Shown: positions 1 through 10,612 of the stretch, piece after piece
How the letters are laid out: each line of letters starts with the position of its first letter
Numbering within the stretch: the stretch's first letter is position 1
Source: an uncultured Pelagibacteraceae bacterium
GTDB lineage: Bacteria > Pseudomonadota > Alphaproteobacteria > Pelagibacterales > Pelagibacteraceae
NCBI GenBank assembly: GCA_902595115.1
Contig: CACJOS010000002.1
Location: 34,378 to 98,377, forward strand
Reading direction: 5' to 3'
DNA: 64,000 bases
Program-made: the position numbers and the translations under genes
Notes under the pieces: generated by a model
Databases searched by the model: none
Told to the model about the DNA's origin: nothing
What the model saw: the letters and a program-made list of their open reading frames with translations, nothing else

Positions 1-1
1 A

Positions 2-454
2 CATAAATTTGTTGTTCTTTATACATCTTCAGCTAAAGATGTTAGTGCAGCGGTTTTCAAGAGGAATGAAAAAGAATTAGATTTTATTGTTGAAAGTAAA
101 GCTTACTGTTATTTTACAAATAATTTAAAAGAAGCTTATTTTTTAGTAGGTTTCTTAAATTCGAATTATGCAAATAAAATGATTAAGGATTTTCAAACTA
201 CAGGTGAATTTGGACATCGTGATATTCATAAACGTATACTTCAAGTACCTTTAACGCAATTTAAAGATAATATTAAAAATCATATCGATATTGCTGTCAT
301 ATCAAAGGAATGTGAATCAATTATAAGAAAGTTTATTAATAGAAAAAAATTGGATGATTTAGGTCCCATAAAACTTGGAAAGTTAAGATTAGAAGCTCGA
401 AAAAAAATATCCAATAATTTAAAAAAAATTGATACTCTTCTTGCAAAACTCTAA
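2..454 (+). CDS. 3' end of probable N6-adenine DNA methyltransferase / type IIG restriction-modification protein (partial, open to window edge)
   Basis: Frame is open from base 2 (HKFVVLYTSSAK...EAYFLVGFLNS...FQTTGEFGHRDIHKRILQVPLTQF). This resembles the C-terminal target-recognition region of Eco57I/TaqI-like MTases. Catalytic motifs are not in the window. Confidence 0.55.
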   Translation, partial: HKFVVLYTSSAKDVSAAVFKRNEKELDFIVESKAYCYFTNNLKEAYFLVGFLNSNYANKMIKDFQTTGEFGHRDIHKRILQVPLTQFKDNIKNHIDIAVISKECESIIRKFINRKKLDDLGPIKLGKLRLEARKKISNNLKKIDTLLAKL

Positions 455-459
455 GTTCC

Positions 460-478
460 GTACAAGTGGTGTACAAGT
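460..478. repeat. Direct repeat GTACAAGT x2 (460-467, 471-478), 11-bp period
   Basis: Read directly: cc-gtacaagt-ggt-gtacaagt-tt. Confidence 0.6.
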
Positions 479-542
479 TTATTAGCTTTTACGATTATTA
501 ATATATATTTCAAGAACAAAATAGTTTAATTCATTCAATATA

Positions 543-1427
543 GTGGCAAAAAATAATAATTTTAATAAAGGAATTTTTCTTACCGCAGCTGGATCATTTT
601 GGTGGGGACTAATAGGAGTCATTTATTTCAAATATATATCTTTTGCTGGTCATGTAGAAGTTGTAATTCATAGAAGTTTATGGACTACAGTGATGTTAAT
701 AATAACATCTGTTCTTCTTTCTAAAATTGATAAAATAAAAATAGTAATAAAAAATAAACAAATAATTTTCACTCTTTTTTTTTCAGGTATACTAATTTTT
801 ACTAATTGGGCAGTTTGGATTTATGCTGTTTCAACTGATCGTGTAATTGATGCAAGTTTTGGATATTTTATTATGCCGATAATAAGTATTTTTTTAGGTT
901 TTTTTTTTTTTAAAGAAACTTTAAGTTCAAAGGGGAAATTATCTGTAATTATTGTAATATTTTCAATTTTATTATTATTTTTTTTAGACTTAAAATCAAT
1001 ACCATGGGTAGGATTAATTGTTGCTTTCAGTTGGAGTTTTTACAACCTATTAAGAAAAAAAGTAAGCGTTGAAACAGACATTGGCCTTCTAATAGAAAGC
1101 TTGTTTATACTGCCAGTAATCCTAATTTCATTTTATTTTATTATTAAAAATAATGTAAATGATTTCGATATATCAAATCCAAAATTAATGTTTGTATTTA
1201 TGTTAGCTGGACCAATGACAGTAATTCCTTTATATTTGTATGTAAGAGGTGTTGAACTTTGTGGTCTCGGTCCAACGGGCATGATATTTTACATAACCCC
1301 AACTTTGCAATTTTTATTAGGATATTTTCTTTATAATGAGCCACTTAATATTGAAAAGTTAATAAGTTTTATTTTTATTTGGATTGCTGTATTTATTTAT
1401 TTAAAGGATCTTTATGAAAATAAGTAA
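543..1427 (+). CDS. rarD: RarD / EamA-family DMT transporter
   Basis: GTG start, about 10 TM helices, motifs HRSLW, ASFGYFIMP, YITPTLQF typical of RarD. Confidence 0.85.
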   Translation: MAKNNNFNKGIFLTAAGSFWWGLIGVIYFKYISFAGHVEVVIHRSLWTTVMLIITSVLLSKIDKIKIVIKNKQIIFTLFFSGILIFTNWAVWIYAVSTDRVIDASFGYFIMPIISIFLGFFFFKETLSSKGKLSVIIVIFSILLLFFLDLKSIPWVGLIVAFSWSFYNLLRKKVSVETDIGLLIESLFILPVILISFYFIIKNNVNDFDISNPKLMFVFMLAGPMTVIPLYLYVRGVELCGLGPTGMIFYITPTLQFLLGYFLYNEPLNIEKLISFIFIWIAVFIYLKDLYENK

Positions 1428-2406
1428 TATTTTTTTATATATCGTTCTATATTTTTCTTTAACTATAAATGTCTCTTATAGTTCAACCTTTGATGAGTGG
1501 AAAAAAAATTTTAAAATATTAGCTTTATCAAAAGGCATATCTGAAAGTACGTTTGATAGCGTTATGAATAATGCAAAATTTCTCCCAAAAGTTATTGAGT
1601 ATGACAGATATCAACCAGAATTTTATGAGGATACAAAAACCTATATTTCGAAAAGAACATCCAAGAAAAAAGTATTATCAGGTTTAAAATATTACAAAAA
1701 TAATAAAGAAATAATTAATAATGTTGATCTAAATTTTGATATAGAAAAAGAATTATTGTTAGCACTAATGGGTATCGAAACAAATTTTGGAAACTACCTA
1801 GGAAAAATGGATATTATTTCATCCTTATCCACTTTAAGCTTTGATAAAAGAAGAAGTGAATTTTTTACAAATGAACTGCTAACTATTTTAGAATTAATTG
1901 ATAAGCAAATAGTGGATCCTTCAATTTTGTATGGATCTTGGGCTGGTGCTTTTGGTAACTTTCAATTTATGCCTTCTACAATTGAAAAATATGCAATTGA
2001 TTATAATGATAATAATTTAATTGAACTGAAAAATAATTCAGACTCATTTGCATCTGCCGCTAATTATTTAAGTAAGATGGGATGGAAAAAAAATCAGCCT
2101 TGCTTCAAAAAAGTTACATTAAAAGCGAACGTACCTGAAAAAATACTAAATACTTCTGCGAGAAATATAAAGAACAAAAAAAAATTAAAATACTACAGAA
2201 AATATATTTCTGATGATTTAAATTTTGATGAAAACATTAAAATAGCTATTATAACACCAGATGCTGATATCGTTGATAATGCCACAAAAAATGAACCTGC
2301 GTATATAGTATTTCAAAATTATGAATTAATTCTTAAATGGAACAGATCTTTGAGATTTGGACTTGCAGTATGTACTTTAAAAAATAAATTTAAAAATGAA
2401 TTATAA
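1414..2406 (+). CDS. mltB: Lytic murein transglycosylase (MltB/SLT_2 family)
   Basis: DRYQPEF, GIETNFG, GSWAGAFGNFQFMPS, ASAANYL, WNRS. Confidence 0.9.
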   Translation: MKISNIFLYIVLYFSLTINVSYSSTFDEWKKNFKILALSKGISESTFDSVMNNAKFLPKVIEYDRYQPEFYEDTKTYISKRTSKKKVLSGLKYYKNNKEIINNVDLNFDIEKELLLALMGIETNFGNYLGKMDIISSLSTLSFDKRRSEFFTNELLTILELIDKQIVDPSILYGSWAGAFGNFQFMPSTIEKYAIDYNDNNLIELKNNSDSFASAANYLSKMGWKKNQPCFKKVTLKANVPEKILNTSARNIKNKKKLKYYRKYISDDLNFDENIKIAIITPDADIVDNATKNEPAYIVFQNYELILKWNRSLRFGLAVCTLKNKFKNEL

Positions 2407-3151
2407 ATTATTAATAATTTTACTTATAATATTATCTTCTTGTGCAAATGTAAATTCTGTAAAAAATTATAATGTAATAGATAAATCAAATAAATTTTCT
2501 AATTATGGATTTACTCTTATATATTCTGATAATTTACACGCTGAAAAAATTGTTAATAAAAAAATAAATGAAAGAGATCTTATAGTTTTCCAAAAAAATC
2601 TAAAAAAAGGTGTCTCTGTTAAAATAACTAATCCTAATAATGGAAAAAGTCTTATTGCTACAGTTGGAAAGAATTCATCATACCCTTTATTTAATAATTC
2701 TGTAATTTCGAAGCGTATAGCCGATGAATTAGAACTTAACGCTAATGAGCCTTATATCAAAATAGAGGAAATTTTACAAAATAGCTCCTTTGTTGCAAAG
2801 AAAGCCAAAACATATGAAGTTGAAAAAACAGTTGCAAACAAAGCTCCTGTTGATGAAATAACTATCAATAATCTAAATAAAAAAAATAAAACAATTAAAG
2901 AAAAAAATATTAGCACTAAATTTAATTATTCTATCAAAATTGCCGATTTCTTTTTTATGAATAGCGCTAAATTATTAAAGGATAGAATTTTAAATGAATC
3001 ACCTGTTAAAAATATTAATATACTTGAAATTTCAAAAAATAAATTTAGAGTAATTTTAGGCCCTTATTTAGATTTAAAGTCGTTACAAAAAGATTATAGT
3101 AATATTTATAATTTAAATTTTGAAAACCTTGAAATTATTAAAAATGATTAA
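2396..3151 (+). CDS. RlpA-like lipoprotein with C-terminal SPOR-like domain (divergent)
   Basis: Lipobox LSSC; VKITNPNNGKS DPBB-like segment; RVILGPY SPOR-like end; lies between mltB and dac. Confidence 0.65.
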   Translation: MNYKLLIILLIILSSCANVNSVKNYNVIDKSNKFSNYGFTLIYSDNLHAEKIVNKKINERDLIVFQKNLKKGVSVKITNPNNGKSLIATVGKNSSYPLFNNSVISKRIADELELNANEPYIKIEEILQNSSFVAKKAKTYEVEKTVANKAPVDEITINNLNKKNKTIKEKNISTKFNYSIKIADFFFMNSAKLLKDRILNESPVKNINILEISKNKFRVILGPYLDLKSLQKDYSNIYNLNFENLEIIKND

Positions 3152-4292
3152 AAAAACAATTATTTTCCTATTCACACTTTTTCTTTTTAATCAAAGTTCA
3201 TATTCAATTGAAATAAAAGCTCCATCTGTAATTCTACAAGATTACTTATCTAAAGAAATTCTTTATGAAAAAGACGCTGATAGAGAAATTTACCCTGCCT
3301 CAATGACTAAAATAATGACAAGTATTATAGCATTCGAGATGCTAAAGAATGGTGATTTAAATTTAGATGATAAATTTTTAGTTTCTGAAAAAGCATGGAA
3401 ATTATCTACAGCAGGATATTCATCAATGTTTATAATGGTAGGAGATGAAGTTTCAGTGGAAGATCTACTTAGAGGTATTATTGTTGCTTCGGGTAACGAT
3501 GCCTGTATTGCTTTAGCCGAAGGTATAGCTGGTTCTGAGGAGGAATTTGCTATATTGATGACTTCTAAAGCTAAAGAATTGGGTATGAATAGTACAAATT
3601 TTTCAAATTCATCTGGCATTAATGATCCTGACAATTATTCCACTCTTAAAGACATTCTTATTATGTCTAACTATTTAATTGAAAATTTTCCTAATTATTA
3701 CACATATTTCAGCGAAACAGAATTCACGTGGGATAGAACAGGAGGTGATCCAATAACACAAGGTAACAGAAATCCACTTTTGTATAAAAATATTGGAGCA
3801 GATGGTATTAAAACAGGATATCTAGCTGTTGAAAAATATTCTTTAGCTTCATCTGTTGAAAGGGGTGGTAGAAGATTAATTGCTGTAGCGAGTGGTTTTA
3901 AAACTAAAAACGATAGATCAAAAGAGTCTATGAAGCTTCATATGTGGGGTTTCACAAATTTTGATACACTGCAAATATCTAAGCAAGGTGAAGATTTCAC
4001 TGAGTTTGATGTTTGGTTAGGAAAAAAAAATACAGTAAAAGGTTATGTTAAAAATGATATTTATAAAACATTTAAAAAAGCTAGAAAGAAAGATATTAAA
4101 GCTATTGCTTCATATAATGGTCCTATACCAGCACCAATTAAAAAAGGCCAAGAAATTGGATTACTCAAAATTTTTTTTAAAAATGAATTAATTGACGAAC
4201 ATAAAATTTTTGCAAGTGAGGATATCAAGAAAGTAAATTTATTTTCTAGATTAATTAAATCAATAAATTATCTTATATGGGGCGATGTATAA
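3144..4292 (+). CDS. dacA: D-alanyl-D-alanine carboxypeptidase (PBP5/6)
   Basis: PASMTK (SxxK), SGN, KTG motifs; ATG at 3144 preferred over upstream TTG. Confidence 0.92.
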   Translation: MIKKTIIFLFTLFLFNQSSYSIEIKAPSVILQDYLSKEILYEKDADREIYPASMTKIMTSIIAFEMLKNGDLNLDDKFLVSEKAWKLSTAGYSSMFIMVGDEVSVEDLLRGIIVASGNDACIALAEGIAGSEEEFAILMTSKAKELGMNSTNFSNSSGINDPDNYSTLKDILIMSNYLIENFPNYYTYFSETEFTWDRTGGDPITQGNRNPLLYKNIGADGIKTGYLAVEKYSLASSVERGGRRLIAVASGFKTKNDRSKESMKLHMWGFTNFDTLQISKQGEDFTEFDVWLGKKNTVKGYVKNDIYKTFKKARKKDIKAIASYNGPIPAPIKKGQEIGLLKIFFKNELIDEHKIFASEDIKKVNLFSRLIKSINYLIWGDV

Positions 4293-4905
4293 TAAACCCA
4301 TTATAGTCTTTGAAGGAATTGAGGGTTCTGGAAAGTCACATCACATCAAAAAAATAGCAAATTTTTTAAAAAAAAAAAAAGCTAAATTTGTAAAAATTAG
4401 GGAGCCTGGTGGTAGCTCCAATTCCGAAAAAATTAGGCGATTAATTCTTAACAACAAATCTGACTTAGATAAATTTTCAGACTTACTTCTCTATTTTGCA
4501 GCAAGGAATGAAAATATTGAAAAAATAATTAAAAAAAATTATAAAAAAAAAATTATTTTAATCGATAGATTTACAGATTCAACAATAGCCTATCAATATT
4601 ATGGTATGGGATTAAACAGGAAAATTATTGATTTAATTAATAATTATTTTTTAAATCAAATACACGTGAGTTTTACTTTCTTAAATATAGTAAGCATGAA
4701 AAACCTAAAAAAAAGACTTAATAAAAGAAAAAATTTAAATAAATATGATAAATTTAATATTAACTTTTATAATAGGGTACAAAAAGGATTTGTAAAAGTT
4801 TCAAAAAATAATAAAAAATATTTAATTATAAATTCAAATGATACCATTAAAGAAAATGAAAAAATCATATTAAATAAAATTAAATTTTTAACGAAAATTA
4901 AATAA
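4285..4905 (+). CDS. tmk: Thymidylate kinase
   Basis: FEGIEGSGKS P-loop, REPGG, DRFTDSTIAYQ. Confidence 0.95.
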   Translation: MYNKPIIVFEGIEGSGKSHHIKKIANFLKKKKAKFVKIREPGGSSNSEKIRRLILNNKSDLDKFSDLLLYFAARNENIEKIIKKNYKKKIILIDRFTDSTIAYQYYGMGLNRKIIDLINNYFLNQIHVSFTFLNIVSMKNLKKRLNKRKNLNKYDKFNINFYNRVQKGFVKVSKNNKKYLIINSNDTIKENEKIILNKIKFLTKIK

Positions 4906-5831
4906 TGGAACCAAGTGTACAAACTAAATTATATGAATATAATGATTTATTTAGTTTACTTATTAGATTACATAATGATTCAAGGCTTCCAAATAAATTC
5001 ATTATATCAGGAAAAAAAGGGATAGGTAAGTCAACTTTTGCTTATCATTTTATAAATTATCTTTTTTCTAAAGATGAAGAGAATAAATATGATTTAAGTA
5101 ATTTCGAAATCAATAAAGATAATAGATCTTACAATTTAGTAAAAAAAAAAACTCACCCTAACTTCTTTTTAATCGATATAGGTGAAAATAAGAAAATAAT
5201 TGACATTTCTCAGATAAGAAACATGTTGGAATTTTCCAATAAATCTTCATTTAATAATAAAAATAAAATAATTTTAATTGATAATATTGAATATTTAAAT
5301 ATCAGTTCAGCAAATGCATTACTTAAAGTTTTAGAAGAACCTAATGAAAAAATTATTTTTATACTTATTCATAATTCAGAAAAAAAAATTTTAAATACCA
5401 TTAAATCTAGATGTATAGTTTTTAATAAAAATATTAAGAGTGATGATAATATAAAAATTTTTGAAAAAGTAAGTAATAAAAGATTTAATCATGACATTAA
5501 TAAAGAATTTATAAATCCCTATATGTCAGTAGGAGATTTATATAGAATTACCAAATTTTCTGAGGAAAATAATTTAAATTTACGTGACATTAATCCAAAA
5601 GACTTTTTAGACATTATTCTTGATGTAGGTAATAAAAAACCTGTAAAAGATTTAAATTTAATTATAAGGTTTATGCAAATTTATTTTTATAACACGTTAT
5701 TGAAAAACTTTTCATATAAATTATTTGATCAACAAAGTTATTTTTACCAAAAATTGAATAATGCTAGTAAATATAATTTAGATTTAGATAATGTTTTTTT
5801 AGAATTTAAAAATAGAGTTCTTAATGGATAA
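4905..5831 (+). CDS. holB: DNA polymerase III subunit delta'
   Basis: GKKGIGKS, SANALLKVLEEP, TIKSRC; lies between tmk and metG. Confidence 0.9.
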   Translation: MEPSVQTKLYEYNDLFSLLIRLHNDSRLPNKFIISGKKGIGKSTFAYHFINYLFSKDEENKYDLSNFEINKDNRSYNLVKKKTHPNFFLIDIGENKKIIDISQIRNMLEFSNKSSFNNKNKIILIDNIEYLNISSANALLKVLEEPNEKIIFILIHNSEKKILNTIKSRCIVFNKNIKSDDNIKIFEKVSNKRFNHDINKEFINPYMSVGDLYRITKFSEENNLNLRDINPKDFLDIILDVGNKKPVKDLNLIIRFMQIYFYNTLLKNFSYKLFDQQSYFYQKLNNASKYNLDLDNVFLEFKNRVLNG

Positions 5832-7353
5832 AAATTTTTATATTACCACACCAATATATTATCCATCCGCAAAACCACATATGGGTCATGCTTATTCCAG
5901 TATTGTATCTGATTTTTTTGCAAGGTTAAAAAAAATACAAGGTTATGATGTTTTTTTCCTAACCGGTACAGATGAGCATGGTCAAAAAATTCAAAGAGCA
6001 GCCGAAAGTAAAGGAAAAGATCCTATTAAATTTTGCGACGAAATTAGTAAAACATTTAAAGATCTCTGCGAAACATTAAATCTTTCAAACAATGATTTTA
6101 TTAGAACAACTGAAGACAGACATAAGAAATCTGTAGAAAATCTTTGGAATATATTAGTAAATAAAAAAGAAATTTATTTATCTAAATATTCTGGATGGTA
6201 TTCAGTATCAGATGAAGCTTTTTATGCTGATGATGAAATAGAGGAGGTTAATGGTTTAAAAATATGTAAAGTATCTGGATCAAAAGTTGAATGGGTTGAA
6301 GAAGAATCTTACTTTTTTAAACTATCCAAATGGCAAAGTTCATTACTAAAATTTTATGAAGATAATCCTGAATTCATCCTACCAGAGACAAGAAAAAATG
6401 AGGTAATAAGTTTTGTTAAAAGAGGTCTTAAAGATTTATCTATAAGTAGAAAATCCTTTTCTTGGGGTATTAAAGTCCCAAATAATGATGATCATGTTAT
6501 TTATGTATGGCTTGATGCATTAACAAATTATTTAAGTGCTCTTAATTATCCTAATGTTAATGATAATTTATATAAAAAATTTTGGCCAGCAACAGTTCAC
6601 ATTATAGGAAAAGATATATTAAGATTTCATGCAATATACTGGCCTGCTTTTCTTTTAGCTGCTGACATAGAGCCACCTAAAAGAGTTTATGGTCACGGAT
6701 GGATACTTTCAGGAGATGAAAAAATGTCAAAGTCAAAAGGTAATATTCTTGATCCAATTGAAATAATCGAAAAATATGGTCTTGATCCATTGAGATATTA
6801 TTTACTAAAAGAAGTTTCATTTGGAAATGATGGCAATATATCAAATGAAAAATTAGAAAATTGTATTAATAGTGATTTAGCAAATAATTACGGAAATTTA
6901 TGTCAAAGAGTAATTTCTTTTTGTGAAAAAAACATTGGTTTAAAAGTCCCAGACATAGATAAATTTAATAAAGATGATATGGAAATTTTAAATAACTTTA
7001 AAGTTAATTTCGAAAATTTAAAAAAACAAATAGATAAACAAAATATAAATTTTTATTTAAATTTTATAGTTGATCAGTTATTTAAAGCTAACAAATATTT
7101 TAACGATCAAGAGCCCTGGAAAAAAAAGACTGATAAAAAAAGATTAAATACGATCGTATATGTTGCACTTGAAATTATAAGAAAAATTTCAATTCTACTT
7201 TACCCAATAATTCCTGAGTCTTCATTAAAGGCTCTTCATATTTTTGATATATCTGAAAAAGATATAGACTTTGAGACAATTTTAGATAATAATTTTCTTA
7301 ATAAAGGAGATAAGATTAATAAAATAGAAATTTTATTTAATAAAATTACATAA
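5824..7353 (+). CDS. metG: Methionyl-tRNA synthetase
   Basis: HMGH and KMSKS motifs, YITTPIYY, GTDEHG. Confidence 0.97.
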   Translation: MDKNFYITTPIYYPSAKPHMGHAYSSIVSDFFARLKKIQGYDVFFLTGTDEHGQKIQRAAESKGKDPIKFCDEISKTFKDLCETLNLSNNDFIRTTEDRHKKSVENLWNILVNKKEIYLSKYSGWYSVSDEAFYADDEIEEVNGLKICKVSGSKVEWVEEESYFFKLSKWQSSLLKFYEDNPEFILPETRKNEVISFVKRGLKDLSISRKSFSWGIKVPNNDDHVIYVWLDALTNYLSALNYPNVNDNLYKKFWPATVHIIGKDILRFHAIYWPAFLLAADIEPPKRVYGHGWILSGDEKMSKSKGNILDPIEIIEKYGLDPLRYYLLKEVSFGNDGNISNEKLENCINSDLANNYGNLCQRVISFCEKNIGLKVPDIDKFNKDDMEILNNFKVNFENLKKQIDKQNINFYLNFIVDQLFKANKYFNDQEPWKKKTDKKRLNTIVYVALEIIRKISILLYPIIPESSLKALHIFDISEKDIDFETILDNNFLNKGDKINKIEILFNKIT

Positions 7354-8117
7354 TGATAGACTCACATTGTCATTTAGATTATGAGCCTATTTCTTCAAAT
7401 TTAGACGATATAATTAAAAGATCTAAAAATGAAGGAATAGAAAAGCTACTTACAATCTGTACAACAAAAGAAAGCTATAAGAATATATTGAAAATTATCA
7501 ATTCAGATAAAATTATTTTTGGTACTTTTGGTATCCACCCTCACGAAGCTGATAAAAATGAAATAAATAAATTTGAAATAATTTCATCCGTAAAACAAAA
7601 TAAAAAGATTATTGGTATTGGTGAAACCGGTTTAGATTTTTTCTATAATAATAGCAAAAAAGAAGCTCAAATTAAAAGCTTTGAAACGCACATAGAAGCT
7701 GCTATCGAATTAAAATTACCCTTAATTGTACATTCAAGAAGCGCAGAAAAAGAAACCTATGAAATTTTAAAAAAAAATTATCATCAAGATCTTAAAATTT
7801 TGATGCACTGCTTCACAGGGAGCACTTCATTTGCAAAAAAATTACTAGAACTTAATGCATTTTTCTCTGCAAGTGGAATTATTACATTTAAAAATTCTAA
7901 TAAACTTCAGGATACGTTTAAAACTATTCCAATTGATAAATTAATGATAGAAACTGATAGTCCTTTTTTAGCACCTGAACCTATGAGGGGTAAAAAAAAT
8001 GAACCTTCATTTATTAAATATACAGCTGATAAATTAGCATTTATAAAAAACGTACCAAGTAAAACCTTAATTGATTTTACCACCAATAACTTTAACAATC
8101 TATTTTTTAAGTCTTAA
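7353..8117 (+). CDS. tatD: TatD family DNase
   Basis: DSHCH, GIHPH, IGETGLD, HCFTG, ETDSPFL. Confidence 0.93.
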   Translation: MIDSHCHLDYEPISSNLDDIIKRSKNEGIEKLLTICTTKESYKNILKIINSDKIIFGTFGIHPHEADKNEINKFEIISSVKQNKKIIGIGETGLDFFYNNSKKEAQIKSFETHIEAAIELKLPLIVHSRSAEKETYEILKKNYHQDLKILMHCFTGSTSFAKKLLELNAFFSASGIITFKNSNKLQDTFKTIPIDKLMIETDSPFLAPEPMRGKKNEPSFIKYTADKLAFIKNVPSKTLIDFTTNNFNNLFFKS

Positions 8118-8118
8118 A

Positions 8119-8889
8119 ATGAAATTTACAATCCTAGGGTGCGGTAGTTCGATGGGTGTACCAAGAGCAGATGGTTTTTTTGGAAAATGTAATCCAAAAA
8201 ACAAAAAAAATTACAGAACAAGATGTTCTGCATTTCTACAAAGTAAAAATACTAACATATTAATTGATACTTCTCCTGACCTACGTATGCAATTATTAAG
8301 TAATAAAATCACTAGTATAGATAAAGTTTTGTATTCACATATGCATGCTGATCAAACACACGGTATAAATGATCTTAGAGTTTTTTTTATAAAAAATAGA
8401 AAAACTCTTGATATTTATGCTGATTTAAATACTAGGAAATATCTTTATAAAAATTTTTCCTATTGTTTTGATACAAACTCATATGAATATCCTGCAACAC
8501 TAAAAATGCATCCTATTAAAAAAAATTTATATTTTAAAAAAAAAAATGAAAAAATTAGAGTAAAATGCATAAGTGTCGAACACGGTAATGTTAAAAGCAT
8601 ATGTTATATATTTAATGATAAGTTAGCTTACATTAGCGATGTAAGTAAAATACAGAAAAAAGATTATAAGCATTTTAAAAATTTAAAATTTTTGATAATT
8701 GACTGCTTGTGGTATAGAAATCATCCCTCACATTTAAATTTAAACAAATCTTTAGAATTAATAGAACTTTTTTCTCCTAAAAAAGCAGTTTTGACAAATT
8801 TACACTCAGATTTAGACTACCATGAATTAAATAACAAACTTAAAAAAAATATAATTCCAGCTCATGATGGATTAAGCTTAGTTTTCTAG
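8119..8889 (+). CDS. MBL-fold metallo-hydrolase (PhnP-like)
   Basis: ILGCGSSMGVP, DTSPD, HMHADQTHG; ATG at 8119. Confidence 0.88.
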   Translation: MKFTILGCGSSMGVPRADGFFGKCNPKNKKNYRTRCSAFLQSKNTNILIDTSPDLRMQLLSNKITSIDKVLYSHMHADQTHGINDLRVFFIKNRKTLDIYADLNTRKYLYKNFSYCFDTNSYEYPATLKMHPIKKNLYFKKKNEKIRVKCISVEHGNVKSICYIFNDKLAYISDVSKIQKKDYKHFKNLKFLIIDCLWYRNHPSHLNLNKSLELIELFSPKKAVLTNLHSDLDYHELNNKLKKNIIPAHDGLSLVF

Positions 8890-9429
8890 CAAAGTTTCAA
8901 TTTTAGATATTATTTTTTTGGACGTAGGATTTGTGAATGAGGAGTATGTTTCTGCTACCTTACCATCTTTATTTATTAGAATTTTATGAAAATTCCATTT
9001 CGGAATTGCTGATTTGCCATGATTTTCTCTTGCCCATTTATAAATTTCATGTGCATCGTCTCCTTTAACACTAGTGATTGAAGTCAGTGGAAAATTAATA
9101 TTAAAATTTACTTCACAAAACTTTTTAACTTCTGAGTCATCGTTTTTTTCTTGATTAAAGGAGTTTGAGGGCACACCAAGCACTAATAATCCCTTATCTT
9201 TATATTTATCCCAAAGTTTTTGCATGTCTGCATATTGATTTGTAAAACCACAATAACTAGCTGTATTTACTATTAGTACAACATTATTTTTATAATCTTT
9301 AAGATTTAATATATCTCCATTATTGCTTTTAATACTAAGGTCAAAAAATAATTTTTTATATTTTGCATTTGCTGTAGAATTGAAATTAAACATTATAATT
9401 ACTAATATAATAAATATTTTTTTTTTCAT
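8878..9429 (-). CDS. Glutathione peroxidase family protein (signal peptide)
   Basis: VNTASYCGFT, PSNSFNQE, PKWNFHK. Confidence 0.92.
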   Translation of the reverse strand: MKKKIFIILVIIMFNFNSTANAKYKKLFFDLSIKSNNGDILNLKDYKNNVVLIVNTASYCGFTNQYADMQKLWDKYKDKGLLVLGVPSNSFNQEKNDDSEVKKFCEVNFNINFPLTSITSVKGDDAHEIYKWARENHGKSAIPKWNFHKILINKDGKVAETYSSFTNPTSKKIISKIETLLEN

Positions 9430-9438
9430 ATTTTTAAA

Positions 9439-10611
9439 TTACCTATTTGGAGTAAGTAATATTAAAAAATATCCTGCTAGAGTGGATAATAATGACCCAG
9501 TTAGAACTCCAATTTTTACACCATCCATATATTGCATATTTTCTACAAACGCTAGATTTCCTACAAATAAGCTCATTGTAAAACCAATACCTGTAAGTAT
9601 TCCAACTCCATAAAAATTATACCAACTTGTATTACTTGGCATTTGAGCAATTTTTAATTTTATTGATATGTATGAAAAAACAAAAACACCTAACTGCTTA
9701 CCTACAAATAATCCAAGTACTATTCCTAGTGGAACTTTATCAAGTAGTGACCCCAGAGATAATCCTTCTAATGAAACACCAGCATTTGCAAATGCAAACA
9801 AAGGCATTATTCCAAATGCAACATATGGACTTATCGCATGTTCAACTTTGATTAATAAAGAGAAATCTTTTTCTTTTTCTCTATGAGGTATAGTCATTGC
9901 AAGAAGTACACCAGCAATTGTTGCATGTATTCCTGAATTGTGGGTAAAATCCCACAAGAATAATCCTATAATTAAATATGGTAGAAATTTCTTAATGTTA
10001 AATTTGTTTATAATTAACAAAATAATAAATGCTAAAAACATTAGCGAAAGATATTTTAAATTAAGATCACCAGAATAAAATATCGCTATAATTAAAATAG
10101 CACCTAAATCATCAATTATTGCTAAAGCTGTTAAGAATACTTTAAGTGATAGTGGTACTCTTTTTCCAAGTAATGACAAAACACCAAGGGAAAATGCAAT
10201 GTCTGTGGCAGATGGGATTGCCCAACCATTTAGTGTTTCTGGGTCACCTAAATTAATTAAAACATATACAAATGCTGGCACTACCATCCCTCCAACAGCT
10301 GCTATTATTGGGAGTAATGCTTGTTTAATATTAGATAGTTCACCTTGTAAAAATTCTCTTTTAATTTCTAATGTTACAAAAAAGAAAAAAATAGCCATAA
10401 GTGCATCATTAATCCAATGAAGCACACTAAGTTTTAATCCAATTTCGTTAAAACCAATAAATATGTATTTTTCAAGATATCCAAAATAATAAGATGAATA
10501 TGATGAATTGCTAATAATTAATGCTAATATAGCACTTATAAGCAATATAAGACCACTAGCAGCTTCTAACTTGAAAAACCATTTAAAAGGTTTTGAAATA
10601 TAATTTATCAT
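9439..10611 (-). CDS. nhaA: Na+/H+ antiporter NhaA
   Basis: WINDALM, ATDIAF, LAIIDDLG, GIGFTMS. Confidence 0.96.
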   Translation of the reverse strand: MINYISKPFKWFFKLEAASGLILLISAILALIISNSSYSSYYFGYLEKYIFIGFNEIGLKLSVLHWINDALMAIFFFFVTLEIKREFLQGELSNIKQALLPIIAAVGGMVVPAFVYVLINLGDPETLNGWAIPSATDIAFSLGVLSLLGKRVPLSLKVFLTALAIIDDLGAILIIAIFYSGDLNLKYLSLMFLAFIILLIINKFNIKKFLPYLIIGLFLWDFTHNSGIHATIAGVLLAMTIPHREKEKDFSLLIKVEHAISPYVAFGIMPLFAFANAGVSLEGLSLGSLLDKVPLGIVLGLFVGKQLGVFVFSYISIKLKIAQMPSNTSWYNFYGVGILTGIGFTMSLFVGNLAFVENMQYMDGVKIGVLTGSLLSTLAGYFLILLTPNR

Positions 10612-10612
10612 T

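Noticed and set aside
895-911. Long homopolymer runs (T run near 899-911, A run near 4368-4380) as phase-variation tracts
   Set aside because: Reading frames are intact and such runs are common at this AT content.
4043-4053. TTATGTTAAAA, resembling a XerD arm
   Set aside because: Inside dacA coding sequence with no XerC arm at the right distance; expected by chance in AT-rich DNA.
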